Positions 17,793 to 26,770 of a stretch of DNA of 32,000 nt are shown piece after piece. The stretch lies in assembly GCA_003345555.1 (NCBI GenBank), contig PRDJ01000067.1:25929-57928 (forward strand), written 5' to 3'. The first letter of the stretch is position 1. The number at the start of each line of letters is the position of its first letter. The stretch comes from Candidatus Thorarchaeota archaeon (GTDB taxonomy: Archaea > Asgardarchaeota > Thorarchaeia > Thorarchaeales > Thorarchaeaceae). A program made the translations under genes and the position numbers. Under the pieces are notes generated by a model that searched no databases, was not told the DNA's origin, and saw only the letters and a list, made by a program, of their open reading frames with translations.

Positions 17793-18497
17793 ATGAAACG
17801 CGCACTACAACTGCTCATCGCGCTTGCGATTTCTGCAGTGTTTTTTGTGTCCCCGGTTGCAGCAGCTACTAACCAAGGATTGGAATGGGCTGTGGCAAGC
17901 GGTGACGCCTTCAACTTCCATCTGACCTCTACTGGCGTAACAAATATGAGCCTCAACGAAGCTCTGTACATGAACATCACCAGTGCCATGCCAGCCATAC
18001 CGAATTCCATGACCACATGGGCCGAAGTTCCTTACCCGGACGTGGGCTGGTGGTGGTCGAGTAATGGGACCACGATTGGTCTGTACGGTCTGCTGTTCCT
18101 AGGGCTATTGGCCCTCGGTACGCCATTTGTTCTGCCCACCGGGAACTTCACCCTGCTTGGGAACTTGATAAAGACCTACGTGATGTGGAATAGCACCACA
18201 ACCCACTACGCCAATAGCACTCTCTATTGGGGCCTCACGTATTCAGATACTGAGGACGACGAAACGAATACCCTTCAGGTGTCATATCTCAAGAGTGATG
18301 GCGTTCTAGCTCGCTATGTTATTGGGTCCTCCAACAGCACATCACATGAGACGGTGAGCGTATCGTTTATCAGAGATAACCTGCCGGCTGAAGGGTTTGA
18401 CATCATTGGCTTCATACAGCAAAACATGCTCCTAGTCGGAGCTGGGGTACTTGTGATCGTAATCATAGGTGCTGTCGTCTGCATGAAGAGGAAATAG
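17793..18497 (+). CDS. Secreted membrane-anchored glycoprotein, tandem paralog 2
   Basis: MKRALQLLIALAISAVFFVSPVAA signal, NQGLEW motif, 7 sequons, identical GAVVCMKRK end. Confidence 0.88.
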   Translation: MKRALQLLIALAISAVFFVSPVAAATNQGLEWAVASGDAFNFHLTSTGVTNMSLNEALYMNITSAMPAIPNSMTTWAEVPYPDVGWWWSSNGTTIGLYGLLFLGLLALGTPFVLPTGNFTLLGNLIKTYVMWNSTTTHYANSTLYWGLTYSDTEDDETNTLQVSYLKSDGVLARYVIGSSNSTSHETVSVSFIRDNLPAEGFDIIGFIQQNMLLVGAGVLVIVIIGAVVCMKRK

Positions 18498-18504
18498 ACT
18501 ACGT

Positions 18505-18535
18505 CAGGGGCTTCTGCCCCTGCTCTTCCTTTTTC
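18505..18535 (+). terminator. Hairpin plus pyrimidine tract after paralog 2
   Basis: CAGGGGC-ttct-GCCCCTG followed by ctcttccttttt, between convergent genes. Confidence 0.65.
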
Positions 18536-18567
18536 CCTCCGAATGACTTCACGGTTAGAAAGGATTA

Positions 18568-19911
18568 CTAGGCCAGCTCTGAGTCCTGTGTTAGCTTAGA
18601 CCAGAGAGCCCGGGCTGATTTTCTGCATACAGCTGACACCGATTCATCCGGAATCGATTTCAGTTTCCCATTCTGAACTGCCAGCCGACCGTTGACATAG
18701 ACGTGCATCACGTCTCTTCCCGTGAATGTGTTTACTAGGTGGCCCACAACAGAGCTCGAATCAACGGGAGTGGCGACCCTAGTGGCGTCAAGAAGAACCA
18801 GGTCCGCCAGTTTCCCCGGCTCGATGCTCCCAATCATGTTGTCAAGTCCATAGCATCTAGCACCTTCGATTGTGGCCATCCTGAATACTTGCTCTGGACC
18901 TATCGCACTCGGGTTTCTCGTCGCAAGCCTGTGTACGGTCAGCGCACATCTCATATTCTCAAACGGGTCGAATATCCAGCCGTCATTGCCAAGGCCGACA
19001 GTAATGCCCCTTGCCAGCATATCAGGCACAGGTGCAGTACCAACGGCATTCAGCATGTTGCTCATTGGATTGTGGGCCACTGCCGCGTTGTTTTTGCGTA
19101 TCAGACCGAGTTCGTGGTCGTTAACGTGGACACAATGTGCAAGCACCGTCCGAGGTCTCAAGACCCCAAGTCTGGCGAGCCTTTCGACAGTTCTTTCTCC
19201 CCGCTTTTCCAGATTGTGATAGAGATCCACGAGACCTTCCGAAGTGTGAATAGTCAAAGGGATTCCATTCTCTGATGCCGCGTTTGTTGCCTCTGTGACT
19301 ACTTCATCGTTGACAGTGAAGGAAGCATGAAGGCTCATCATCGCGGAGGTCAGTCCTCTGGTTCTTGCACAGACCTTAGCAAAACGAACATTTTCTTTGA
19401 TGCCGCGCTCTGCTTCATCACTACCATTGCGTTCAGTAATCTCAAAAGCCAACATCGAGCGAATTCCAATCTGCCGATTCGAATCAGCAATCGCATCCAG
19501 TACGCCCTCAATCGAATTCGGACCTGAATAGGTATCGGCGAAAAAGGTGGAACCGTTGCGAATCATATCGGCCGACGCTGCAAGCGCACTAGCTCTTGCA
19601 TCCTCGATAGTCAAAGCCTCGTCAAGTGGCCACCAAACCCTCTGGAGAATCTGAGCAAAGTCTGTCGGGGGTTCAATATTGAGTGAAGCTCCTCTCAGAA
19701 GAATGCCATACAGGTGAGTATGAGCAGTGACCAAGCCCGGAATAACGACACATCCCGTAGCATCTACTACGACATCCGACCGAGAACGCGGCTCTCCCTT
19801 TCCGACCTCCGATATCTTGTCGCTCTCGATTCTAACGTAACCGGGGAAGATTCTTCCCTGTGTGTCACCCGTGACAATCAGCCCGCCCTTGATGAGAGTT
19901 GATTCGACCAT
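18568..19911 (-). CDS. Amidohydrolase of the SsnA / MTA-SAH deaminase / guanine deaminase group
   Basis: PGLVTAHTHLYG, SLHASFTV, IHTSEG, LAHCVH, HNPMSN, VGLGNDG, GSIEPGKLADLVL. ATG 19911 (TTG 19920 alternative). Confidence 0.88.
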   Translation of the reverse strand: MVESTLIKGGLIVTGDTQGRIFPGYVRIESDKISEVGKGEPRSRSDVVVDATGCVVIPGLVTAHTHLYGILLRGASLNIEPPTDFAQILQRVWWPLDEALTIEDARASALAASADMIRNGSTFFADTYSGPNSIEGVLDAIADSNRQIGIRSMLAFEITERNGSDEAERGIKENVRFAKVCARTRGLTSAMMSLHASFTVNDEVVTEATNAASENGIPLTIHTSEGLVDLYHNLEKRGERTVERLARLGVLRPRTVLAHCVHVNDHELGLIRKNNAAVAHNPMSNMLNAVGTAPVPDMLARGITVGLGNDGWIFDPFENMRCALTVHRLATRNPSAIGPEQVFRMATIEGARCYGLDNMIGSIEPGKLADLVLLDATRVATPVDSSSVVGHLVNTFTGRDVMHVYVNGRLAVQNGKLKSIPDESVSAVCRKSARALWSKLTQDSELA

Positions 19912-20010
19912 GTCAATCAATCCTGCGTGTTTGTTATCACGTTCAGTCAGATGACGCTATGTCTCAAACAGAAGCACCTAGATGGAGCTTTCGGCCGAGA
20001 ACACATTGAG

Positions 20011-20027
20011 AGAGTGTTCGACACTCT
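20011..20027 (-). terminator. Hairpin just after the HEAT-gene stop codon
   Basis: Perfect AGAGTGT-tcg-ACACTCT. Confidence 0.4.
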
Positions 20028-20033
20028 GAAGCC

Positions 20034-21563
20034 CTAGGGCTCCATATCAGCCACGCTGACTCTGTCCTTTCCAGAACGGTACACAATGCCGTCTCGTTCA
20101 AGCTGCTCCAGCACGGAGTCGAACTCTTGGTCATCGAGACCCGAAGACGCAGCACTGTTTCTCAGTTTAGATATCTCCACTACTTTTCCCGTAGTAGCAG
20201 TCATGTTTCGAAGTAGCCTCATGAAAGTGTCAGCAGGCGTGGATTCTATCTGCGTGATGATAGGCTCTTGTTCGACCTCAGTGGTTTCTTTAGTTGGTAC
20301 TGGCCGCCGCGACTTGGCGGCATCGCGCGCACCGAGCAGAGCAGCCATGAGATCTACGCTGGCATTCTGTCTAGGCGCACTAGCTGGTTTGCTGGCACCA
20401 AGATCCTCAAGGCTGACTCCCTGAGGGGCCTCCTTGCTGCCTCCCGCCTCTTCTTCCTCTGACATTACGGGGATAGGAAACGACTCGATGAGACTTACTC
20501 CGAGCCAGCTCGAGCCAATATCGGTGTTCGCAGGCGCCGCTTCTAGGAGCTGAGCTCTGAATTCCTTCTCTGTCTTCTCGCGCTGAGCAGAGAGGTTGGA
20601 GTCACGGCAGGGCTCCGAACCGAGCCGCAATAGAGTTCTTCCGGCAAGCCCATGCACTCTTGCGTGAGGATCCCGCACGAGGTATCCCAGTATCTTCAGA
20701 AGAGGAAGAAACCTGGAGCCTTTGACGTTCATGTCATCTAGTAGGGCCTGCTTCACACGCCAGTCTCCATCTGCGATTAGGTCCATGATGATGCCTGCCG
20801 GCGCAATGACCCCCAGCTTGGCGACCGCCTGTGCAACCTGAGATCTGACCTGCCAGTTGCCGTGTTTCAAGAACGGAGAAAGGAACTGGACGGTCTTAGG
20901 ATTGACGAGCGGGCATATGTAGGCTGCCAAGTCAGCTCTTTTCTCGGCCGCGCTTTGACATACCATCTTCAGTAGGTTGCCGCGTGTTGTTTCGGGAAAT
21001 GCTGTCAGTCTCTGAACACTACCGAAACTCAATGTTTCCACTCGTTCGGAGACCAGTTCTTTCACCCACTGAGTACCAACAGCCCCAAGTAGGGCCATGA
21101 TGCCCACGATTGTTGGCTGATGCTCTCGCCCGAGAGACTGTAGAGCTTCGACCCAACGCTTCTGCTCTGCTGTAGAGATTGGGCCCCCGGTCTGAGTGAA
21201 CTTCTCTTCAATGCCTTGGAGGACCTGCTCACGCTCAGCAGGATTAACTTCCTTGAGCTGCGAAGCGAGTTCTCGGACGTACTGACCGTACGCGTTCTGG
21301 CCTGCCACCCTGAGAGCTGCTTTCCTGATAACGGGGTCGTCGGCCTTTGAAACGCTCATGGCCTTTGGAAGGAGAGACCTTGTCACAGGTTGTGTAGCCA
21401 AGTGGCTAGCCGCCTCGTACATCTCGGCCAAGTTGGGAGAATCCAAGTTCCAAGCAATGACACGGAGTTGATTGATTGCCTTCCGCTCAGCCTCTGAAAC
21501 ACTTACCTTCGTTTTCATTGGCTTTGCGTTCTTTCCTTTCAAAGCAATCATCTCCAATCTCAC
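20034..21563 (-). CDS. HEAT-repeat protein with a C-terminal winged-helix domain
   Basis: HEAT motifs (DDPVIRKAALRV, GNWQVRSQVAQAVAKL, GDWRVKQALL, DPHARVHGLAGRTL), low-complexity linker, then GLDDQEFDSVLEQLERDGIVY. GTGA overlap with the upstream gene. Confidence 0.75.
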   Translation of the reverse strand: MRLEMIALKGKNAKPMKTKVSVSEAERKAINQLRVIAWNLDSPNLAEMYEAASHLATQPVTRSLLPKAMSVSKADDPVIRKAALRVAGQNAYGQYVRELASQLKEVNPAEREQVLQGIEEKFTQTGGPISTAEQKRWVEALQSLGREHQPTIVGIMALLGAVGTQWVKELVSERVETLSFGSVQRLTAFPETTRGNLLKMVCQSAAEKRADLAAYICPLVNPKTVQFLSPFLKHGNWQVRSQVAQAVAKLGVIAPAGIIMDLIADGDWRVKQALLDDMNVKGSRFLPLLKILGYLVRDPHARVHGLAGRTLLRLGSEPCRDSNLSAQREKTEKEFRAQLLEAAPANTDIGSSWLGVSLIESFPIPVMSEEEEAGGSKEAPQGVSLEDLGASKPASAPRQNASVDLMAALLGARDAAKSRRPVPTKETTEVEQEPIITQIESTPADTFMRLLRNMTATTGKVVEISKLRNSAASSGLDDQEFDSVLEQLERDGIVYRSGKDRVSVADMEP

Positions 21564-22480
21564 TTACGATCAGATAGTGGAGGCTGCCGCTCCTGCGATT
21601 TTCTTCGTTGTCTTGTTTTGGGATGACCATGATGAGGCTTTGGCTTGAATTCTGCCTCACCCGGGGACCGACCAACATATTCTGTCAAGTTGGTCTGAAC
21701 TCCCGAGCCTCGAGATTCAACGGCTTTCGTTGGCTTTCGGCCTGCGTATTCCTTCACTGGCCCGCCAATGATAGTTGCCTGTTCTGTCTCAGGAGCGGCG
21801 CCAGCTGTGGCCTCCTCGCCAATCTCAATGTCGACAAGCATGTGCTCATAGCTCTCAAGCAAAGAGGTCACACGAGGATCCTGCTCCTCCAGTCTGTCTT
21901 CTTTGATAGCGAGCTGTCTGAGCAGAGTCCGTCCGATAACAGAATTGGACAAGGGCCTTAGATTGAGATATCCCTTCATGATTTTCGGTTTCGCGCGCCT
22001 GAACTCCTCTAACTGTGCTTGTCGCAAGACGGGCACGAGAAAACCAAGACCGTCCGCAGAGAGACCCAAAGGAGTCAGGTGTTTGATTTCGCCGCCTGCT
22101 ATCATATCTGAAACAATGTCTGATAGGAACTTCCGGACATTACGCTGCGCCTCTTTCCATGATTGTTGCTTGGTAATTTTTCTGACAACCTCCTCCGTGG
22201 TTACATCAAGGGCCAAGCTGAGTGAGGTCAAACCCACAGCTCCGAACACTGCATCTCGTAGAAGTAGGAGCGTGTTCGAGAAATCAGAGTCTGGCTTCCT
22301 AGAAAGCAAGCGCTTCTCAAGAACTGGGTAGACTGAATGCCATGGATACTTTGACTTGTTAATCCAGTAGCCTTCGAGTGTTTCCGCGACTGCAGAGAAG
22401 TCGCCACGCCTACTCATGTCGCTTACCATGTCGATAAATGCCATCTTGTCCGTGGCGACACTTTGGCGTTCGGTGGCCAT
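21560..22480 (-). CDS. Hypothetical protein with a domain resembling the C-terminal domain of the LRR protein at 398..1795
   Basis: Helical ORF; ATG 22480 after GGAGAA; manual alignment described in findings. Confidence 0.7.
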   Translation of the reverse strand: MATERQSVATDKMAFIDMVSDMSRRGDFSAVAETLEGYWINKSKYPWHSVYPVLEKRLLSRKPDSDFSNTLLLLRDAVFGAVGLTSLSLALDVTTEEVVRKITKQQSWKEAQRNVRKFLSDIVSDMIAGGEIKHLTPLGLSADGLGFLVPVLRQAQLEEFRRAKPKIMKGYLNLRPLSNSVIGRTLLRQLAIKEDRLEEQDPRVTSLLESYEHMLVDIEIGEEATAGAAPETEQATIIGGPVKEYAGRKPTKAVESRGSGVQTNLTEYVGRSPGEAEFKPKPHHGHPKTRQRRKSQERQPPLSDRK

Positions 22481-22600
22481 GGTCAGTTCTCCGCTCGTTT
22501 GACAAGCAGGCAAGAGACTTGCATTTGGTGCTTTTGATTGTATCGTGCGGTCATAGGGTGCATTCAGATAGAAAGCACGCCCGAACTTGGCAATAGCTGC

Positions 22601-23107
22601 CTATGGACTTGGAATCCATCTTCGCACACGTCGCGCATAGTCTGCATACGCATTTCCAAATCGCTTAGAGAGATCTCGCTCTTCATACGCGGCAATTCGG
22701 TCATAGAAAACGAACATGATGGCAAAGAGGTCAACACAGAATATGGAGAAGGTTGCTACAGTGAGTCCCAAGTCGATGAATAGGCTTCCCAGATACATGG
22801 GGTGACGCACATGAGAAAAAACGCTCTCTTCAATTACGCGGGGTGGATCTCGAACTTGCCCAAATACGACTCTGTTCGATGCACGATGAAGCCAGATTCC
22901 CAGAAGGATAAAGAAGCCTGCAAGCAAAACACCAGTATACAGTAGGGAATAGCCAACTGAAACTGTCGACAAACGGAATACGAAAGAGTCAGCTATCCAT
23001 AGGATCAAGAACGCGAGTTGGAACAGCGCTTGGCCTCGGTCACCCCATGGATGCTCGGGACCTAGGTCTGCTCTTTGACGTCTATGGACGTTGCTTTCGT
23101 GTTGCAT
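22601..23107 (-). CDS. Isoprenylcysteine carboxyl methyltransferase (ICMT/Ste14/PEMT) family membrane protein
   Basis: VFSHVRHPMYLG, YEERDL..RFG..YADYARRVRRWIP. Confidence 0.85.
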   Translation of the reverse strand: MQHESNVHRRQRADLGPEHPWGDRGQALFQLAFLILWIADSFVFRLSTVSVGYSLLYTGVLLAGFFILLGIWLHRASNRVVFGQVRDPPRVIEESVFSHVRHPMYLGSLFIDLGLTVATFSIFCVDLFAIMFVFYDRIAAYEERDLSKRFGNAYADYARRVRRWIPSP

Positions 23108-23255
23108 GTAGTGTCAGCATTGCCTGTCTGTCGAGTTTCATATCACATTATCGGTATGAGTGGTCACATTGCAGATCCACGCATTGTGATTCTCGTTCAT
23201 GTGGAAGCATTCTTTCTGCTTGGATGCCGATATGAGGCAGGCTCTTTTGGTGCGA

Positions 23256-23876
23256 TTACTCTAACAGAACCTTCACACCGCTCTGCCAGATAGATTCACC
23301 CATGCGCTTGTACCCTTCCACGCTTAGGTGAAGCCCGTCGCCACTATCGAATTCCGGGGCCAAGAGACCTTGCTCGTCTGAAAGGCTGTTGAATAAGTCC
23401 ACCACAACAAGGCCATCGTATTCTTTACCCGATGTGCGAATCATCTCATTGAGTCGAGCTTGCGTTTCTTGCAGGCCAGGATACTCGAATCCGATTGGCG
23501 GAACGGTACAACCTACTACTCGCGAGCCTCTGTCGAGTGCATGCTCCCAAAGTGATTCCACGTAAGTACAGATCGTCCGAGAATCGCCACCCCATCCAAT
23601 ATCATTGCTGCCGCCTAGGATTATGACAGCACGATAGCTGCCTACGTTCATCGCTTTCTTTAGACGCGGCAACATATGTCGCACAAGCTCCCCGGGCTCG
23701 CCCTGATTGTCGAAGTCAATGTGGAGCCCTCGCTCTTTGCTCGCCACTCTGACAAGCCAGTAGCCATACTGGGATTTCTCATCACCAGAATGATCGAGCG
23801 GGTCATATCCAGGTGTGCCTGCCGTAAGACTATCGCCAAAACCTAGTACCCGAATGACCGCTTCACTTTTGCCCAA
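23256..23876 (-). CDS. SGNH/GDSL hydrolase
   Basis: Block I FGDSLT, block II NQG, block III GGSND, block V DGLH. Confidence 0.9.
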   Translation of the reverse strand: MGKSEAVIRVLGFGDSLTAGTPGYDPLDHSGDEKSQYGYWLVRVASKERGLHIDFDNQGEPGELVRHMLPRLKKAMNVGSYRAVIILGGSNDIGWGGDSRTICTYVESLWEHALDRGSRVVGCTVPPIGFEYPGLQETQARLNEMIRTSGKEYDGLVVVDLFNSLSDEQGLLAPEFDSGDGLHLSVEGYKRMGESIWQSGVKVLLE

Positions 23877-24423
23877 GCGCTTCCAGCTCTTTGCAGACGT
23901 CCATCTTTCTTACCAAGAGAGTCTGCCCCCGCTTTATGAGCTCTTCGAGTTCACGCTCGTATTCGGCCTTGTCAATGCGCCCTTTTTCGAATCTTCTTTC
24001 AAGGTCTTCTCTTAGCCGCCTAACTTCTTCAATTTCGGAGTCGATGGACTTCTGTTTTACCTTCAGTAGTATCCGGTTCTTGCCATCAGCTGAAGCGACT
24101 GTCGCGGATTTCAGCTGTCCGCCAATCTGACCCTGTGATCCCGCAGCCTTAAGCGACTCAGTTCTGTGTACGGCAAGCGGATTACTTCGAGGCCGAGAAG
24201 GGTCGAAGCCCGCGGCACTCATCCGTAGGGCGGCTCCTGTTAGTTCGTCTTTCGCTGCGCCCTTCCCAATGGGATTGCCCTTGAATCCACTCTCTCCCAT
24301 CGGGCCTTGTGCTTCCTGGCTCAGTGTAGAGTCCTCAATGGCTAGCTTACCGAGAAGTTCCCTGTACTTCTTGAGACGTTCCTCTGGGGTCGACACCTTT
24401 GCAGCTTTGAGACCGCTCGGCAT
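23863..24423 (-). CDS. Hypothetical protein with a C-terminal coiled coil / SHOCT-like motif
   Basis: LREDLERRFEKGRIDKAEYERELEEL; overlaps the SGNH start by 14 nt. Confidence 0.6.
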   Translation of the reverse strand: MPSGLKAAKVSTPEERLKKYRELLGKLAIEDSTLSQEAQGPMGESGFKGNPIGKGAAKDELTGAALRMSAAGFDPSRPRSNPLAVHRTESLKAAGSQGQIGGQLKSATVASADGKNRILLKVKQKSIDSEIEEVRRLREDLERRFEKGRIDKAEYERELEELIKRGQTLLVRKMDVCKELEALGQK

Positions 24424-24707
24424 AGTCCATTATCTCCGGCGACACAGGACATGTAGACGGGTCTAGAGTGAAGAAAACCCGATTTACATACAGAATCTCG
24501 TGTATTAAGGCTACTTTGGTTGGGTCACCACCCAGCAATAGACCTTCAACGGGCAGAGATAGTAGCAATGTCTCCTAATAACACGAGCTACGCGAGGAAC
24601 TGACGTGGGCGCAGCCATGAACCCGCAAAAGGTCCATGCCGATGTCAGACTGAATCCTTTTTAGCAAACATTACCCTATATGAGACTGATCATGGATCGG
24701 GGAAAGG

Positions 24708-25385
24708 TTGACTTTGAGCAACACAGATTTCTTCAACATAATCACAGCCTTCAACTGGGCGACCCTCCCACTTGTTGGAATCACTTGGGTTCTTGGAGTC
24801 CTATGCTATTACTTGCCCTCCAGGAAGACGGTTTATTCGAACCAGCTCGTGTCGTTGATTCTAGCCTATGTCTGGTCGGTGGCGGGGATTGTATTTGGTC
24901 TCATCTACTTCCGTTCGTTTGTCCCGGTCATCTTTGGGTTTCCTTTCGTCTGGTTTGGCTATACCATTGCCGCAGTCTTTACGCTTCAGGGTCTTATCTT
25001 GCTGTATTTCGGCGTGTTTCAGAAGGCTCTCTCTTTCAAGAACAAGACGGGGCTGTCGTACGTAATAGGAACCATTCTCATGACGTATGCGATTGGGCTC
25101 TACCAGCTCATCGCTATGGTGAGCGGCCACTCGCCCGTCTCATATCCTGCGTTCGGGACCGCTCCCGGTCCAGTTGCCGTGTTCACCATCGGCCTGTTGT
25201 TATGGGCAGACAAGCGCATACCATCGATTGTCCTGATTCTGCCTAGCATCTTTGGAATCACCGGAATCCTGTCTGTTCTAGCCTTGGGAGTCTACGCTGA
25301 CATTGGACTGTTTATCTCAGGAGTGATTGGATTCTTCCTCGTGTTCCGGCATCACAGGATGAAGACGACCCACGATACGGATTAG
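24708..25385 (+). CDS. Multi-pass membrane protein, possibly DUF6064 family
   Basis: About 7 TM helices; PAFGTAPGPVAVFTIGLLL resembles the DUF6064 PxFGxxPCPxTxFTxGLL motif but has Gly in place of Cys. Confidence 0.55.
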   Translation: MTLSNTDFFNIITAFNWATLPLVGITWVLGVLCYYLPSRKTVYSNQLVSLILAYVWSVAGIVFGLIYFRSFVPVIFGFPFVWFGYTIAAVFTLQGLILLYFGVFQKALSFKNKTGLSYVIGTILMTYAIGLYQLIAMVSGHSPVSYPAFGTAPGPVAVFTIGLLLWADKRIPSIVLILPSIFGITGILSVLALGVYADIGLFISGVIGFFLVFRHHRMKTTHDTD

Positions 25386-25492
25386 TGTTCATGTGTTTGA
25401 ATATCCGACGCAGTCTGCGTCGTGACGAATGCAGCATCCCGTCCTTGGTTGCGCTATCGTTTCCCAGATATCCGGCTAGAGCATTTCAGTCA

Positions 25493-26692
25493 TTAGAAGA
25501 AAGTGGGCTCGATCTCCGTAACATGCGTCGGGGCCTTCATGGAGACTGTGGATGCCGGGGAGAGTACTTCTACGAGCTCGTAGTCCTTCGTTCCTAGGCC
25601 CAGCTTCTCTGCATAGTCCACAACGATGTATGGGTTCTTCATCGGCCCGTGTATTCTCTGGAACGGATGGAGGTTCACTTTGCGGTCGAGGTTTGGTCTG
25701 AAATAGAGAGGTATCATTGATTCATTCAAACCCTCTTTCGCGATTAAATCCAGAGTGGCCTTTTCTATCGCAACGATGTCTCGAGAACCAAGAACTCCTA
25801 TGTCGTTGACAATGCAGGGCTGTGCGAATGGCCAACAGTCGCAATACGGGATAATCTCAATTGCGAAGTTAATGAAGAATCTCTTCTCCTTGGGGATGTT
25901 CTCCAGCACCTTGCTAGTGCCTATGGCCATCATCTCTTGGAATGCTGAGAAGTGCTCTTGCTTTATCTCAAGACAGCCAGCGCCTTTGTCCACCTCAATG
26001 CACTTCATGCACTGATTGCACATGTCGAACTCGACGTTCAGCCTATGCTCATCATTCTTGTACGTAATCAAGTGCTCAGGACATGATTCGACCAGCTTCT
26101 TTGCATGTTCGGGCGTGCACTTGTCCGGATTCCAATATGGGATTGACTGCCAGATAGTGTGATACTTGTTCCAGCGGCTCTGTGCTGAAAACGCTCCGAT
26201 AGCTAGATTCTTGATTGCGCCGCCGTAGCCACAGGTGTTGTGACCTTTGGCGTGAGACAGATCAATGAGTGCATCTGAGTCATGGAGAACGCCGCCCATT
26301 TCGAGGAACTCGACTCCTTTGAAATCGATATTCACTTTGTAGAGATACTTGTCTTTCACACCGTCGAATGGTATCAAAGGGCAGCCGCAGGTTTCCGACG
26401 TGTACCCGCGATTGACCGCGTTGTACACGGAAGTCGGATTATCTGTTATGAATGGAAATGCACCGGTCTTTTTGACCGCTTCGACTACTCGCCGCACAAA
26501 GAACACAGGAATAGTCTGATAATTATCCTCATATCCAAGGTGCATCTTGATGGCGACCTTGTCCTTCTTTTGGATGGTGGACAAGTCGAGTTTCTTGACA
26601 ATCTCATCAACCTTGGCAGCAAAGCTAGCAAACTTCGCTCTATTGCCTTGCTTCACAGACCCAAAGTATACCTTAGCTCGCTGGGAACTCAT
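25493..26692 (-). CDS. DUF362 family iron-sulfur protein with a ferredoxin-like insert
   Basis: KVAIKMHLG, SHAKGH..GYGGAIKNLAIG, C..CNQCMKC, PYCDC, DIGVLGSRDIVAIEKATLDLI. Confidence 0.85.
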   Translation of the reverse strand: MSSQRAKVYFGSVKQGNRAKFASFAAKVDEIVKKLDLSTIQKKDKVAIKMHLGYEDNYQTIPVFFVRRVVEAVKKTGAFPFITDNPTSVYNAVNRGYTSETCGCPLIPFDGVKDKYLYKVNIDFKGVEFLEMGGVLHDSDALIDLSHAKGHNTCGYGGAIKNLAIGAFSAQSRWNKYHTIWQSIPYWNPDKCTPEHAKKLVESCPEHLITYKNDEHRLNVEFDMCNQCMKCIEVDKGAGCLEIKQEHFSAFQEMMAIGTSKVLENIPKEKRFFINFAIEIIPYCDCWPFAQPCIVNDIGVLGSRDIVAIEKATLDLIAKEGLNESMIPLYFRPNLDRKVNLHPFQRIHGPMKNPYIVVDYAEKLGLGTKDYELVEVLSPASTVSMKAPTHVTEIEPTFF

Positions 26693-26770
26693 ATGCTAAT
26701 CAGCTACAAGTCCTGAATAAGTCTGTTACGAAGGGACATCTATGGCGAGTATCTAGTGACACTGGCCTAT

